Source: Eledone cirrhosa (lineage: Eukaryota). From it: DNA of 64,000 nt. Position 1 is the stretch's first letter; each line of letters starts with the position of its first letter. The stretch spans positions 40,176,001 to 40,240,000 of the forward strand of contig OZ024751.1 of the NCBI GenBank assembly GCA_964016885.1. The letters run 5' to 3'. The notes beneath the pieces are model-generated. The model was given only the letters and a program-made list of their open reading frames with translations. It did no database searches and was not told the origin of the DNA. The translations under genes were made by a program, and so were the position numbers. Below, in pieces: positions 26,140 to 40,763 of the stretch.

Positions 26140-26951
26140 TTAATAAGTAGGCATTCACAACTATTTCTGTTTCTCATAGCTACAATATCAGGTCTGTTGT
26201 GTTCAACTGTATGGGTCATCTGAACAACAAAATCCTAAAGTATTTTGGGTTCATCTCTGCCATCGATAACGCTTTCTGGTACAACTTATTGGACAGCTGC
26301 TATCCATATTTTTTACACAGTGACCAGTGTATCTACAGACAGACCTCATCGGGACTTCCTTTATACCCCATTAGAGGTAGTATTTTGCATGTGTTCACTA
26401 TGTGGAGGGTATTCACCATTACCAGGTACAAACAGACCTCATGATGTCGTCTTTTATGTGCAAGGTATTTTCTGTATTATAATAATTGTTTCTACTTTTG
26501 GCACAAGGCCAGCAATTACCCAATACATTACTGGTACTTTATTTTATTGACTCCGTAAGGATGAAAGGCAAAGTTAACCTTGGCAGGATTTGAACTCAGA
26601 CCGTAAAAGGACATAAGGTTCGAGTTCAAATCCTGTATTATAATAATGATTATTATTACTGATAGATGGCACTTTAAATACCTTTGCTGATATACTGTAT
26701 GTAACCTGGGAATTTGTGATGGTTTTTGCTCAGAATTATCCGAGGTGATGTTCCCCTATTGGGGGATTTTTCTTGTTGGAAATTTGTTACATTTATTGTT
26801 TTATTAATTTGAATCCTTTTAACCTGATGTAAACCCCATTTTGTGTTGTATATTGTCCCACATGTCTTGGGCCCTCGCGGCTAATAAACGGGATTAATGT
26901 TGTTGTTATTATTATTTACTTTTGTTATTTTCAGGTTAAAGGGGAGGCTAA

Positions 26952-27035
26952 ATGACCAGCAATGTCAGCTGTGGCCATTTTAACATGTACACCAAATTCA
27001 CAGCCATTTCTAGCACGGCACATAACTCTTCATGA
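26952..27035 (+). promoter_or_regulatory. Out-of-frame uORF overlapping the SLMAP start ([27 protein letters not shown])
   Basis: ATG at 26952 is 10 nt upstream of the main ATG, in the same exon. It stops at TGA 27033-27035. Confidence 0.6.
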
Positions 27036-27150
27036 ACCACTCAAAGTGGGTCGAACTGTTGCTAGGACACGTCCATCACCCAGCAACGGCACCTTCGACT
27101 GTAAAGTTTTGTCAAGGAACCATGCATTACTCTGGTACAAGAATGGAAAG
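26962..27150 (+). CDS. SLMAP: SLMAP coding exon 1, FHA N-half (MSAVAILTC...WYKNGK)
   Basis: Acceptor ttttcag ends at 26934. In-frame TGA at 26953-26955 precedes ATG 26962. Donor aag|gtaagt. Carries FHA motifs GR and SRNHA. Confidence 0.96.
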
Positions 27151-27904
27151 GTAAGTCATATGTTTAGAATAATAATATAATAATAATTGTTTCTACTTTT
27201 GGCACAAGGCCAGCGATTACCCCAGTGCACCACTGGTACTTTATTTTATCGACCCTGTAAGGATGAAAGGCAAAGTTCACCTCGGCGGATTTGAACTCAG
27301 AACCCAATATAATAATACTGTTTTTTTTATTTAGGCATAAGGCCAGCAATTTTGGGGGAGGGGAAAGTCGATTAAATCGACCCCAGTGTGCGACTGGTAC
27401 TTTATTTTATCGACCCTGTAGGATGAAGGCAAAGCTAACCTTGTACTGGTGCTACAACAAAAAGCACCCAGTTCACCCTGCAAGCTTTTGGCTTTATCCT
27501 CTCTCTCTCTCTATTACCTTTCTTTCTCTTAGCCATTCTAATGGTTGTGAGGATCATTCTTCATACCAATAGAGCAGGGAAACTTGTACAGCCATCCTTG
27601 GATGTAAATACCCATATCTGATAAGGAGGAGGAGGATATTCATGGTGATGATGGTGGTGCTGATGATGATTGGTGATTAAGAAGAGGAAGATGATGGGAT
27701 GATGATGCTGATGGTAAGAATGGGGATGATGATGATGATGGTGGTGATGGTGATAAGCTGTTGATAATGATGGTGAAAGACAATTAAAATGGTAAATATT
27801 GAAGAATATTTCCTGCTGCCTGCTGAAATCTTTTGATAGAAATATTTTCCAAATGGCTGCACACTCCCAACTTATTGTATTCTCTGAACCATAAGATATG
27901 TGTA

Positions 27905-27971
<67 letters not shown>

Positions 27972-29509
27972 GTGTATGGGTTTATGTATATTTGTGTATA
28001 TATATATATATATATTCTTCCAATATAGGTAATGATGATGCTATATATGTTATCAATACTTCGATAATTATTTGAAATATTGTTATGTAAGAAAGCTCTA
28101 TTGATAAATCCTTAGTAACTTTTGTCTTTCTGTTGCTTGGTAACAAAATATTGATTAAAACATCAGCTTAAAACTTTTCCTATCAACGTTCAAACCTTAG
28201 ATTTCAATAAAAGTTCAATCTATATAGCACAGACTTTTTGCTTCTCTCTCTCTGTTTTCCCCTCCCCTCCCTTTCTCTCTTTTCCTCTCTATCCCTTGCT
28301 CTCCTAGTCTCTCTTCCACTCTGTTCCTCACTCCTCTCCCCCTTCTCACATTCATATTAATTTGCCTCTGTGTGTATGTCTTGTAATTAGGTTATGTTGG
28401 TGCTACAACAAAATGCACCCAGTACACTCTGTAAAGTGGTTATTGGTAGGGAAGTCACAGAGCCCATGTAAAATAGTTTTGAAACAACTCTTCGATTATG
28501 ACAGGCCAGACTTTTTAATGCTTGTGTCACAAGAAAATGCACCCAGTACACTCTGTAAAGTGGTTGACAATTGAAGGAGTATCAAACTATTGAAACCATG
28601 CTAAAACCGGAATATATAAGAAGTGTGCCTCCCATCCTCTGCGTGTCTGGAAGGACAAAACTCCAATTAAATATTTCCTTGGTCTCTGACGAGCCCTTCA
28701 ACCAATACCAGCAGGGGGAAAAACTGGTTGTTAAATAATAATGAAGATGATTATTTATTTTCCTTTGTTTTTTCTGTATTGATTGCTGCTTTATTTATTT
28801 AAGTTTGGCAGAAGGAAAGATGTTTTATGATTTCCTGTATTCTGGTTCAGTTAACATCACTAGATGTAGGGTAAGAAAGAGTTAGATGTACTTTAGGTTA
28901 TCTGATCTATCATCCATGGACAGATCTGTATCTGTCTGTCTGTCTCTCCCTCTCTGTCTGTCTCTCCCTCTCTGTCTGTCTCTCCCTCTCTGTCAGTCTC
29001 TCTCTCTCTCTATGTCGATCGACCTCTCAGTTGGTTTCTCCCTCTCTGTCTCTGTCGATTGATAAAATATATCATCATTATTTAATGTCTGTCTTCCCTT
29101 CTAGCAAGGGTTGGAGGAGTTTTCATAGACAACTCAGTACCAACTACTTTACAGGGTGCGTGTTTTCAAGGCACCAACACTACCTCTTAATATATATATA
29201 TATATATATATATATTAACTTTAATTATATCTCGTAAAATAATACAACTGGTTTTTCCACATTATACATATTGTTAGCACCCCAAACACTTAAATTGGGT
29301 TTATATTTAAATATAACCTAATGTTTGTTGAGTGAGATGGTTACCAGTCAGAGTTTAGCTTTAAACTATCTCTGTTATTGTATTAAATATATATATATAT
29401 GAGTTTGTTTATGTCTTGTAACTTAGAGATTTGTGATAAAGAGAACAATAATATATGTACTAGTGTTGATATGATCAAGTAAATCTCTTAAAAGCAGTGC
29501 CCCAACAAA

Positions 29510-29545
<36 letters not shown>

Positions 29546-29621
29546 TTTGTTTTGTTTTACTCCATCCTGACCCAACCCTTCTGCCAGGCTCTCTTCTCCT
29601 CCTGGCTTACACGACGATTTG

Positions 29622-29666
<45 letters not shown>

Positions 29667-29668
<2 letters not shown>

Positions 29669-30170
29669 AACGAGTAGGACCCCGACGGCTGAGCTCAAGC
29701 CGTTTCGACGGCTAATTCTGGACTCTACTACCCTAAGTATTGAGTACTTTGGTGCGTTATGGTCCACCTGGTTCCTTACCACATTTCCTTCGTTATATAT
29801 ATATATATATATATAAAAACATGAGAAGAAAGAAGAATACTGCGTGGTTTGCACATGGGTTACATATGATAAAAATAGTCCTTCGTCAGTGATTTGCCAA
29901 CCATCATTGGTATTTCATCGCATTAAAAATCAGATACCTCAGGTTGGTGCGAGCAATAAACTAAAAAAAGTTATTGGGACCAGTAATCGTGTAAAGCAAG
30001 GATATATCCTCCTCTTTCAATCTTTTCTATATTTCATCTGCCTTGTGGATTGTCTCTCTGTTGACCACTGGCTATTGGTCTCTGTCCTCTGAGACATTTT
30101 TACCCATCGCTGCCTTTGTCGGCATTTATCTGTTTTAACGGCTGTTCTAGAGATGAGTTTTCTCATTTTT
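29667..30170 (-). mobile_element. Penelope-like fragments bounded by (TA)n tracts
   Basis: Minus-strand gtcgaaacggc...gccgtc and actgacgaagg motifs. gtactcaatac is shared with the fragment at 23184. The assignment is inference. Confidence 0.4.
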
Positions 30171-30204
30171 ATGTGTGTGTATATATAAAAACAAAACCTG
30201 TCAA

Positions 30205-30660
30205 AGGGCAAAGGAGCTCTTAAGAGTCAATGGCCATCCAAAATCACCGGGAGAGATGACCCCTTAGCCTTTGTCAAGGCAGAATTCTAGGAGAAAGAAA
30301 ACTCTGATATAACACCTGCAACCCTGATGGTATCCAATGATGTTGACTTGTTCTTCTTTTTGGTAAATATCATCTTGGTTAAGAGAGTGGGACTAGCTTT
30401 GTGCAGTGCCTTTGCTCACTATAAAAGCTTCACGGCACAGGCATTGTTTTATATCTGGAGATCTCTCTGCACTTGTCGTCACATAGTACCATAGGTCCAG
30501 CACTATGTGTCAATAATTGTCACAAGTGTAGTGTTTGTATGAGAGTTTTCAAGTCGCTGGCTGGACTAAAAAGTCACACTCGTTCAGCGCATCGGTAGGG
30601 GTTCTCCTACATGGATATAAAGTAGTGGCCGTACTCGAAAACGAGTTGGCAGCCACCATA
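30205..30660 (+). mobile_element. Internally deleted (bipartite) RTE-derived element with a terminal C2H2 finger remnant
   Basis: The 5' part gggagagatgacccc...ggagaaagaaaactctga resembles RTE 5' UTRs. 30527-30598 encodes CSVCMRVFKSLAGLKSHTRSAHR*. It ends ggcagccacc(at)n. Confidence 0.6.
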
Positions 30661-31349
30661 TATATATATAGCCATACATAAACCTTTTTAGTTGTTAGTC
30701 TATAGCTAAATATTTAATGTAGTTCTTGGTTTTAAAAGTCAGATTTTATCTCATTATCTCAAATTAAGCTTCATTAACTCTTTTGCTGTTCATTTTACTT
30801 TTAAAATATTTCTGAAAAATAAAAAATGAATTATAAACGTTATTAAAAGTTGTGTAATAATTTCTGAATAAGTAAATAATTCTGCTATCAATTAATTTGA
30901 ATGTTTCACTTGGCCTCTTTTCCTTTCTGGTGAGTACCAATTAGTGTGTGTTTGTTGTTCACTGAACATAATGTGCCAACACTTTGGTTTATTTTCGAGT
31001 TGTTTGGTTATGAACTAATCACTGCTTGTCTATCTCTCTACGTCTCTATATCATCATTTTATGTTCGTCTTCTATGTTGGCCTGGGCCTGACATGTTATA
31101 GTTTGAGACCAGACGGATAGGAGAGACCTCATCTTGCTCCCATGTTCTATGTGTGTGTGTGTGTTATATACTAGCTGGCAGTGTGCCGTCAATGATGGCT
31201 AATCGTAGTATTTTATATATAAAACGGGTCCAAATTAAGTTTTTAGTTTAATAATTCTTTTATTACAAACATTTTTGTGGAAAAACTATCTGCAACTAAA
31301 ATATACACACCAAGATAATATCATGGTGTGTATATGTATACATTTATAT

Positions 31350-31625
31350 GCATCATCATTTCATCATCATTTCATTTTACGTCTGCTTTTTCCCTGCTTG
31401 CAAGGGTGGGACAGGAACTGATGCTGGCTTGATTTCTACAGCTGGATGCCCTTCCTAACACCAACCTCATTTACAGTGAGTGCTGGGTGCTTTTTTGCTG
31501 TAGCACCTCCGCGACCACTTTGCAATGGAATGATATGGACCCCAGTCCCTATCATCTCATTTCTACAGCTGAGTAAACTGGAGCAATGTGAAATAAAATG
31601 TCTTGCTCAAGGAAACAACACATCA
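31350..31625 (-). mobile_element. CORE-type SINE lacking its head
   Basis: Reverse complement of the family at 41069 and 60417. Confidence 0.88.
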
Positions 31626-31741
31626 TGTATGAGTATATAAATATAAACACACAAACACACTTACACTCACACAAGTATAAACACATTCACATTAACACAC
31701 ACACATACACAAGTGATATAAACACACAAACAGTCACATAA

Positions 31742-31912
31742 TAATTGTTTCTACGTTAGGCACAAGGCCAGCAATTACCCAGTGTATTACTGGTACTTTA
31801 TTTTATCGACCCCCGTAAGGATGAAAGGCAAAGTTAACCTCGGTGGGATTTGAACTCAGAATGGCAAGGCGTCAAAGCATGGCGTCCGACCCTCTACCGT
31901 TATTGCCAATCC
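31742..31912 (-). mobile_element. Meta-like SINE
   Basis: Same family as 12388. Confidence 0.85.
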
Positions 31913-34900
31913 ATAATAATAGCCAGTGTGCTACGTACTCATACAAGTGTAGTGGATCTTAGAACGCTGGTCACTGTTTTCTATCATATGTCACCCCTCC
32001 CCTTCCTTCCTTAGTCATCTCCCTTTCAGTGAGTGATGGGTATGTATATAAATAAATATACACACATTTGCTATTGCTATAGTTGATGATGGTAGTAATA
32101 TACTAAACAACTGCCAGTTTCATAGGTATTATTGGCAAAAGTACATATTCTCTATTATCAGTAACTGTATTTTTGTCTTGTCATATCTAATCATTAGTTT
32201 TAAATGAAGCATATATGATGCAACTTTATAATGCACCCAATACACTCTGTATAGTATTAGTGCTGCTGTCACATTAAAATGCATCCAATACACTCTGTAA
32301 AGTGTTAGTATGCCTCAATAAAATGCACCTAGTACATTGTGTAAAGTGGTAGTGCTGATGCCAGAATAAAATGCACCCAATACATTTTGTAAAGTGGTTA
32401 GCATTAGGAAGGACATTTAGCTGTAGAAACCACGTCAAATATGGAAGATAAGAGCAAGGTGTGGCTCCTGAACCCGTTTTTTTTTTTTTCAGAATGAGAT
32501 GGCCTACCAGCATGAAAAAGCATATGTACAATGATGATTATGATGATGATACTTGTATTTGTATAGAATTATCTATTTTTAAATTCAAAATGTTTGTAAA
32601 ACACATCACAGAATCTGAGAACTCTTTGAAAAATGTTTAAATAGCTTCATTTAGTACTAACAAATCCTAAGTATTTTTAAAGTTAATTGCTGTAAAGTTA
32701 TATTTCCTCTTTTTGGCTCTTAGATTCTGTACTATAGGAACAGCGTAGTTTCTTAATTTGTATTTCAGTCTTAACTCTTTTACTAGTTTCAGTCGTCGGT
32801 CAGAGACCATGCTAGGGCACCACCTTATAGAGTTTTTCAACTGTTTTTAGTAGATTGTATCGACTCCAGACCTTTATTTATTTATTTTTTTTTTTTTTCT
32901 CAAGTTAAGGTCAAGAGGACACTTTAGTTGTGTTAACAGAATGACAACCTCCCCAGTGTTGGTAATCTACTTGATAAATGCACTCTGTACACTCTGTACA
33001 CTCTGTAATGTGGTTACAGAAAAGAAGGGCATTTAGCTGTAGAAAGTTTGACAAACAAAGGCTTGGGAGGACTATTCAGTTGTGTCAAAGACACCTTCTC
33101 TGGTGCTGGTACCACAATAAAATGTACTTGGTCAAGTCTGGCCAGTTGGCCATGCCGTACCTTGCTCAGATGGAACTGTAAATTTGGCTTGATTTTTACA
33201 GCTGGATGCTCTTCCTAACACCAACCACATTTACAGTGTGGGACTGGATGGCACCGTTATGAGGTGGGACAGGCCAGTTAGTTGTGTTACACCCTGCTCA
33301 CAGCAGAATCATAGTTTGGGAGCCAGACACATATGTATACCAGTCTTCTGTATAGTTTCTGTCTTCCAAATTCCACTCGTAATACATTGGTTAAGTTGAG
33401 GCTATAGTAGAAGACACTTCTTGCACAAGGTAGAGTTGTTTGTTTTTTTAATATTTCTGATACCAAACAACCAGAAACTGCCCCTAATTCTACAATATAA
33501 ATTTATTTCTTTTAAAATGATTGTTATTATTATCTAAAATTTTTCCATCATAATTTTATGTAAGAATCTTTGTTAACCCTTTAACATTCACATTACTCTA
33601 TATATACTATTATATTTTCATGGTAAATGCTTTATCTCACATAATATCGAATCTATGAGGTTTTGAAAGTATTTATTTTGAGAACAATACCTTAACATCG
33701 GTTAAGTTATGTTCCAAACTTACATTCGTACATTCAAACCGGTGTGTGTCCATGAAACATATACATATACACCAAATATGAACGCAAAGGAACCAAATTC
33801 CCACTGCTGCTGCCTCCGCCTCTCCTGCTCTCCCCATCTCACAAATGTGATCAAATAGGGGCCCATGCGCTGGTGAATCTGTGGCCCCGGCAGACAGGAT
33901 AGCAAAGGTATTTCCCCGGGAATTACTTAAAGAAGAATGGATGGTCAATTGTGAGCATGTATTACGTTTTCAACTATGTTTGTGTCTGCCGCAGACAGAG
34001 CGGGATCAAGACATTTAGGGGCCCTAAGAGCGGGATCAAGATATTTAGGGGCCCTATGCAGTGGAAACATTATGGTACCCTCATATATTGTACTGGAGAA
34101 AAAAATTCTATGGGTGTGCCCCTTTTTTTACTTGAGACCCTAAGTACGTGCTTATTTTGCTTAATGGGGTCCAACACTCCAGGCTGGGAACTGTTTTAAA
34201 TGTTAATGTGGTATTATTTAAAAATCAACTTACTAAAATGTCAAAATATGTGCTGATTTCATGAAGTGGATGAAGGGACGTAACTCATAAACTATCCACT
34301 TTCATTTCACAAGTTATAGCTTAGTTTTAAACTTTTTAAATTAATTTCTTTTCCTTTTTTTCCTTAAATTCTGTTTTTATAAGAACAGATATCTAGCTTG
34401 AAATAAATATGGAAAACCTCTCATTAATTTTAAAATAATTATTGCCTGTCTAATTGAGAAAGGTTGTGTGTGTGTTTGTTTCTTTCTTTCGTACCAGACT
34501 TTGAAAAATATTAACGTACTGGTGACTATGATCCTTTAAAAAAAAAAAACCCCCCTTCAATGTGGTGCTGCAGCATGGCCACAGTCAAATGACTGAAAAT
34601 TAGTAAAAGAATATAAAACAAAATGAAAGAAAAAAAATTCCTTTATTCTTTAACTTGTTAGTTACCATCCACCATTGAACTACCTCATACACACATACAA
34701 ACAGCCATGTGAAACTACACACACACACACAGCTGTGTGCGCACACTCAGTTGTGTACACTCTCAGCCACACACACACAATCAGTGTCTTTCTTTTTTAG
34801 TCTCTCATTTCACTCTTTTCATCTGTCTCTTTCTCTCTCTCCTCCTCCCTCTCTCTCTCTCTCGTTCTCTCTCTTTTTATATACATATATTTATCCTGAT

Positions 34901-34931
34901 CATCATTGTTTAACATCCATCTTCCACGCTA

Positions 34932-34984
<53 letters not shown>

Positions 34985-35382
34985 CATACATACATACATA
35001 ATCTATATATATATGTCCCCATTTTTTAAATTCTATCTCTGTTCCTCCTCTCTCTTCATTTTCCCCTCTTCCCTCTTCTCTCTCTCTCTCTCTCACTCTC
35101 TCCCTCTCTCATATATATCCTCTCTTTCGCTATTTCTATCTGAGCCCTGTCTCTACTGACCCCATCCCCAACACTGAGTCACCTTTACCTGTCAGTCAAA
35201 TTCCTTAACATCTTTCACTCATCATTGCCCCCACCTCCCACCCCGTTAATTAACCCCCCCCCCCCCCCCCAAGTAACATCAGTAAACTTGGTACAGTTCA
35301 GTTGAGTTGTTCCCCAATAACAGTAGAATCTAGGTCACATCTCTTCATACACTGCTAATTCCTTACTGTCTGCCTGCCACAT

Positions 35383-36116
<734 letters not shown>

Positions 36117-36397
36117 CATTGGAGGCAGGATGGGGAGGCTTGGGGAGGGGGGTAGTTGCAGCCCATCATAGTCATCATCATCATCATCATCATCGCCATC
36201 ATCATTATCACAACCACCCTCATCATAATCATCACCCTCATCATAATCATCATCATCATCATCATAGTCATCATCATCATATTCATTATCATCATTATTA
36301 CCATCATCATCGCCATCATCATGTCTGCTTTCCATGCTGGCATGGGTTGGGTGGGCTGTTATTGTCCGAGTTAATTTTTATTTGGAGTTACTTGCCT

Positions 36398-36572
36398 TTC
36401 AAGAGACCCAGGGGTAGACCCCGAGCAAAGATGGTTGGTTAACATCCATGAGCTTGGCTGGTCTCGCTTGGGGGATCCTGATGGATCAGTTGGATACGGT
36501 TGCTTCTAACAGGACCCACTGTTTGAGGACTCTGCCCCCACAACCCTCTCGAGAATAAGTGGGTGTAGAAGC
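36398..36572 (+). mobile_element. Expander/Rex3-like RTE 3' fragment
   Basis: RPRGRP...IHELGWSRLG...DQL..VAS.R...LRTLPPQPSRE*VG; same family as 58860-59155. Confidence 0.7.
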
Positions 36573-37019
36573 CCTTCTAGGTGGATCAGAGTACCACGTC
36601 TTGCCCTATTATATCTGTGGGTTGGCAGAATTGTTAGTGTGTCAGATGAAATGCATTGCAGTATTTCATTAGGGGCCTGCTATGTTCTGGTTTAAAACCC
36701 CCACCAAAGTCAGTTTTGCTTTCCATCCCTTTGAGGTCAATATAATTGACTTTTCCCTCCCTTCAAATTGCTGGCCTTGTGTTTAAAGTAGAAATTATAT
36801 ATTTATGCAATTTATTTATATTTTTCTCAGGAAAATAGTTTTAAAATGTCAGTTTAACTTTGACTTTATTCTTTATTCTTTGTTTTATTTTCTCATGTTT
36901 AAATGTCTGCAAAGATGTCAGCAACTGGTTTGTTTAAATGTTTGGGTGTGGGAAATGAAATACTCAATTATTCAGTGTGTGTGTGTACATGTGTGTCATC
37001 ATCGTCATCACCCTTTACC

Positions 37020-37127
<108 letters not shown>

Positions 37128-37364
37128 CAAAAAGTTAACAAAAGAACAATATAGGGAGACAATACAGTTGAATGAAAATGTGTATTAGTCCAATGCTTGA
37201 TATGGTAGAAAGTTTTCATGTTTTGGACGTTAGTCTGTTATCAAAACAAAGACTGAGAGGTAGATGAGTTTAAGAAGAGGAAGAAATGGAGAAAGGTATT
37301 TTTGAGAGAAAGCCTGTGTTTAGTCAGCCATTTAGGGGCATGCTCATCATTGTTTAACATCTAT

Positions 37365-37615
37365 TTATATCATCATCATCATCATATGCCTTATTTTCAA
37401 GCTGGCATGGGTTGGGTGGGTCTTTTCCAGCATGGTATACCTCCACTTGTGGTCGTTTGTCATCTCCTCTTTGAGCTTCAGTGATTTGAGATCAGCTGTC
37501 ACGACCCCAGCCCAAGACTTCCTTGGTCTCTCTCTGCTGTAGCTTCTCTCCACTGGCATTTCTAGGCTTGTGGATCAGATGACCATACCAGTGCAGTCTT
37601 TTCTCCTGTACAGAA
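37365..37615 (-). mobile_element. RTE LINE 3' fragment
   Basis: EKRLHWYGHL...RERPRKSW..VVTADLKSL...WRYTMLEKTHPTHAS, then (gat)n. Confidence 0.8.
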
Positions 37616-37957
37616 GTGGTTTGGGGGCATGTTGGTATGGAAAGGATTAAGGAGTACTGGGTGTATACCCATACCATTGTCGTGATATGAATGACACACC
37701 CTACTCAAGAGTTTTATTGCCCAGAACTTCATGGAATTACATTAGCATTTGAAAATATAAACTGTACTATGACTGTATCACATGAACAGTTTTTAGTCTA
37801 ATACTGGAAATTTTCATTACAATTTGTTTACCCTTACCAGTTAAACATTTGAATTAACAGACTTCATTTTAGATTTTCTGTTAAATCATTATAGGTTAAG
37901 AGTTAATGTTATAACATCTTACTTCCTGAGTTTAATCATGGTATATTAAGATTCTAT

Positions 37958-38462
37958 AGAGGCACATGACTTAGTGATAAGGGTGTTGGACTTATTGATC
38001 ATAATGCCATGGGTTTGATTATTTGACTGGGTTGTGTGTTGTGTTCTTGAGCAAAGTATTTCATTTCACTCAGCTGAAAATGAGTACCAGCAGTAACTGG
38101 GGGTTTAACCCCGTGATGGACTGGCGTCCTGTCCTGAGGAGCGTCTTGTACACTGTCGCTTCATACTACAGAAACCAGGATAAGCTCCAGCCTGATGATC
38201 CTCCAGGCTCAAGACAGACTTTAGACATTAAGATTCCAAGGTATTATTATATGAGGGACGTGAAGGGACGATAGGGCAGTGAATCGGCAGTATCGGTAGA
38301 GGGTTGGATGCAATGCTTTCTAGCATAGTTACGTCCTTTTACAGTCTGAGTTCAAATCCCGCCGAGGTTAACTTTGCCTTTCATCCTTATGGAGTCGATA
38401 AAATAAAGTACCAGTAATGCACTGGGTAATTGCTGGCCTTGTGCCTAAAGTAGAAACAATTA
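37958..38462 (+). mobile_element. Divergent CORE-type SINE (37958-38225) followed by a Meta-like SINE (38274-38462)
   Basis: aggcacatgacttagtga...ttcttgagcaaag; then ggcagtatcggtagag...gagttcaaatcccgccgagg... Confidence 0.8.
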
Positions 38463-38949
38463 TTAATTATATGAGGGACATTCATTATGGAAGTGTATAC
38501 CGACAACGATATAGTGGTAAGGAACATGTGTCAGAAGTAAGGAGGAATTTGAATGTTACTGGAGAAGTATATATGTAGAGTATATATGTTCTAGGTAGAG
38601 ATTGTGAAAAGTCTTGTGTTGTATTTTTTGTTGTTATTGTGCATGAGATTTTACATCTATTTGTTACTAGTATCAGTCATAAAACTGTAGACGTGCTGGG
38701 GTGACACCTTACGGTTTAAACTTTTTTTTCCTCTTTGCATGGGTGGAACTTAACCAATTATTTTTCTCATTAATTTTCATTCTTGTATATACTTATTAGT
38801 ATTGGTTTGTCGTATTTTTGTTGTTAATTGTCTACTTGACTCCTTAGTAAGACATCTTGAGATAAATATACTTGACATATTAAAACATTCAGTGTTGAAT
38901 CATTCATTTATTCATTGTTTCCTCTCTCTCTCTCTCTCTCCCTCCTCAG

Positions 38950-39106
38950 TTTGATTTACAAGATACGAAGAGCAGCAATGGTACGTTTGTCAACAACAAA
39001 AGGCTTGCGGCGGGGTCTGAGGAAAACCCTTCCAGAGAGATCTTCTCTGGAGATATTTTACAATTTGGAGTTGAGGTAATGGAGAATAATAGAAGAGGGG
39101 AGAAAA
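38950..39106 (+). CDS. SLMAP: SLMAP exon 2, FHA C-half ([19 protein letters not shown]...[19 protein letters not shown])
   Basis: (ct)n-cctcag acceptor, a|gtaagt donor, phase 0 to 1, FHA NGT motif. Confidence 0.96.
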
Positions 39107-39554
39107 GTAAGTAGTTTCTTTTCTCTTTTTATTTTTGTTTTTATTTTTTGTGTGTGTATTTGTTGACGTGGTGGAATGACAGAGTTGTTCTAGCGTTGGA
39201 TCAAATGTCTTGGTATGAGTTCTAGTTCACTGCATTCTGGTTTCAAATCTTGCCGTCTTCAACTTAGCATTTCATCATTTTCGGATTGATGAGTAAACTA
39301 TCAATCTAGAGATGCTGAATTGGTGGAAGGGGCTTCATTGCAGTGTCTGTTCTTAGTTCAAATCCTGCCTCCTTTTGTCAAGAGTTGCGACTAACAGATA
39401 GTATCAGTAATGGAAAGACCTATGGGAACATTGTTTCCTTGGTCCGATTTCATGATTGGATTCTTTCTTTTCCAAACTTCCTGAAACTGTTGTAAATAGT
39501 TTAGGTCTACCAATAACTATGCTGTTCTTTGTAACATTTCCTCCTGATTGTAGA

Positions 39555-39972
39555 TCTACCAACAACTGCTATAATATTCCTCCTAGTTTATGTTGTTGTA
39601 AGTTTACCAACAACAAATATTATAATATTCCTTCTAGTTTATGTTGTTGTAAGTCTACCAACAACAACTGCTATAATATTCCTCCTAGTTTATGTTGTTG
39701 TAAGTTTACCAACAACAAATATTATAATATTCCTCCTAGTTTATGTTGTTGTAAGTCTACCAACAACAACTGCTATAATATTCCTCCTAGTTTATGTTGT
39801 TGTAAGTCTACCAACAACAACTGCTATAATATTCCTCCTAGTTTATGTTGTTGTAAGTTTACCAACAACAAATATTATAATATTCCTCCTAGTTTATGTT
39901 GTTGTAAGTCTACCAACAACAACTGCTATAATATTCCTCCTAGTTTATGTTGTTGTAAGTCTACCAACAACT
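39555..39972. repeat. 51-bp minisatellite, about 8 copies, two alternating variants
   Basis: Unit accaacaacaactgctataatattcctcctagtttatgttgttgtaagtct, with an aaatat / ttt variant. Confidence 0.93.
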
Positions 39973-40179
39973 ATATGGCTCCTCTTTGTAACATTTCCTA
40001 CTGGCTTATGTTGTTGTTGTTGTTGTTAAATGACTTTTCAAATCTCATTAACTGAAAATATAAAATAAATGATAAAAACAACAAAAACAACCCCAAAACA
40101 GAATAATAAAAAATATAACCAATTTCCTTTTTCCTTTTACACTTGTATGTTTTGTTGTCTACAGGCATCTGGGGTGTGT

Positions 40180-40763
<584 letters not shown>

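Noticed and set aside
31168-31230. Helitron/Helentron-like end (actagc...gccgtc-aat-gatggc)
   Set aside because: Single short motif, with no second terminus or second copy in the window to support it
39456-40055. 199-aa Cys-rich ORF (NNNCYNIPPSLCCCKST)n resembling a metallothionein or toxin
   Set aside because: It is a by-product of a 51-bp (multiple of 3) minisatellite, with a TTG start and no signal peptide or splice sites
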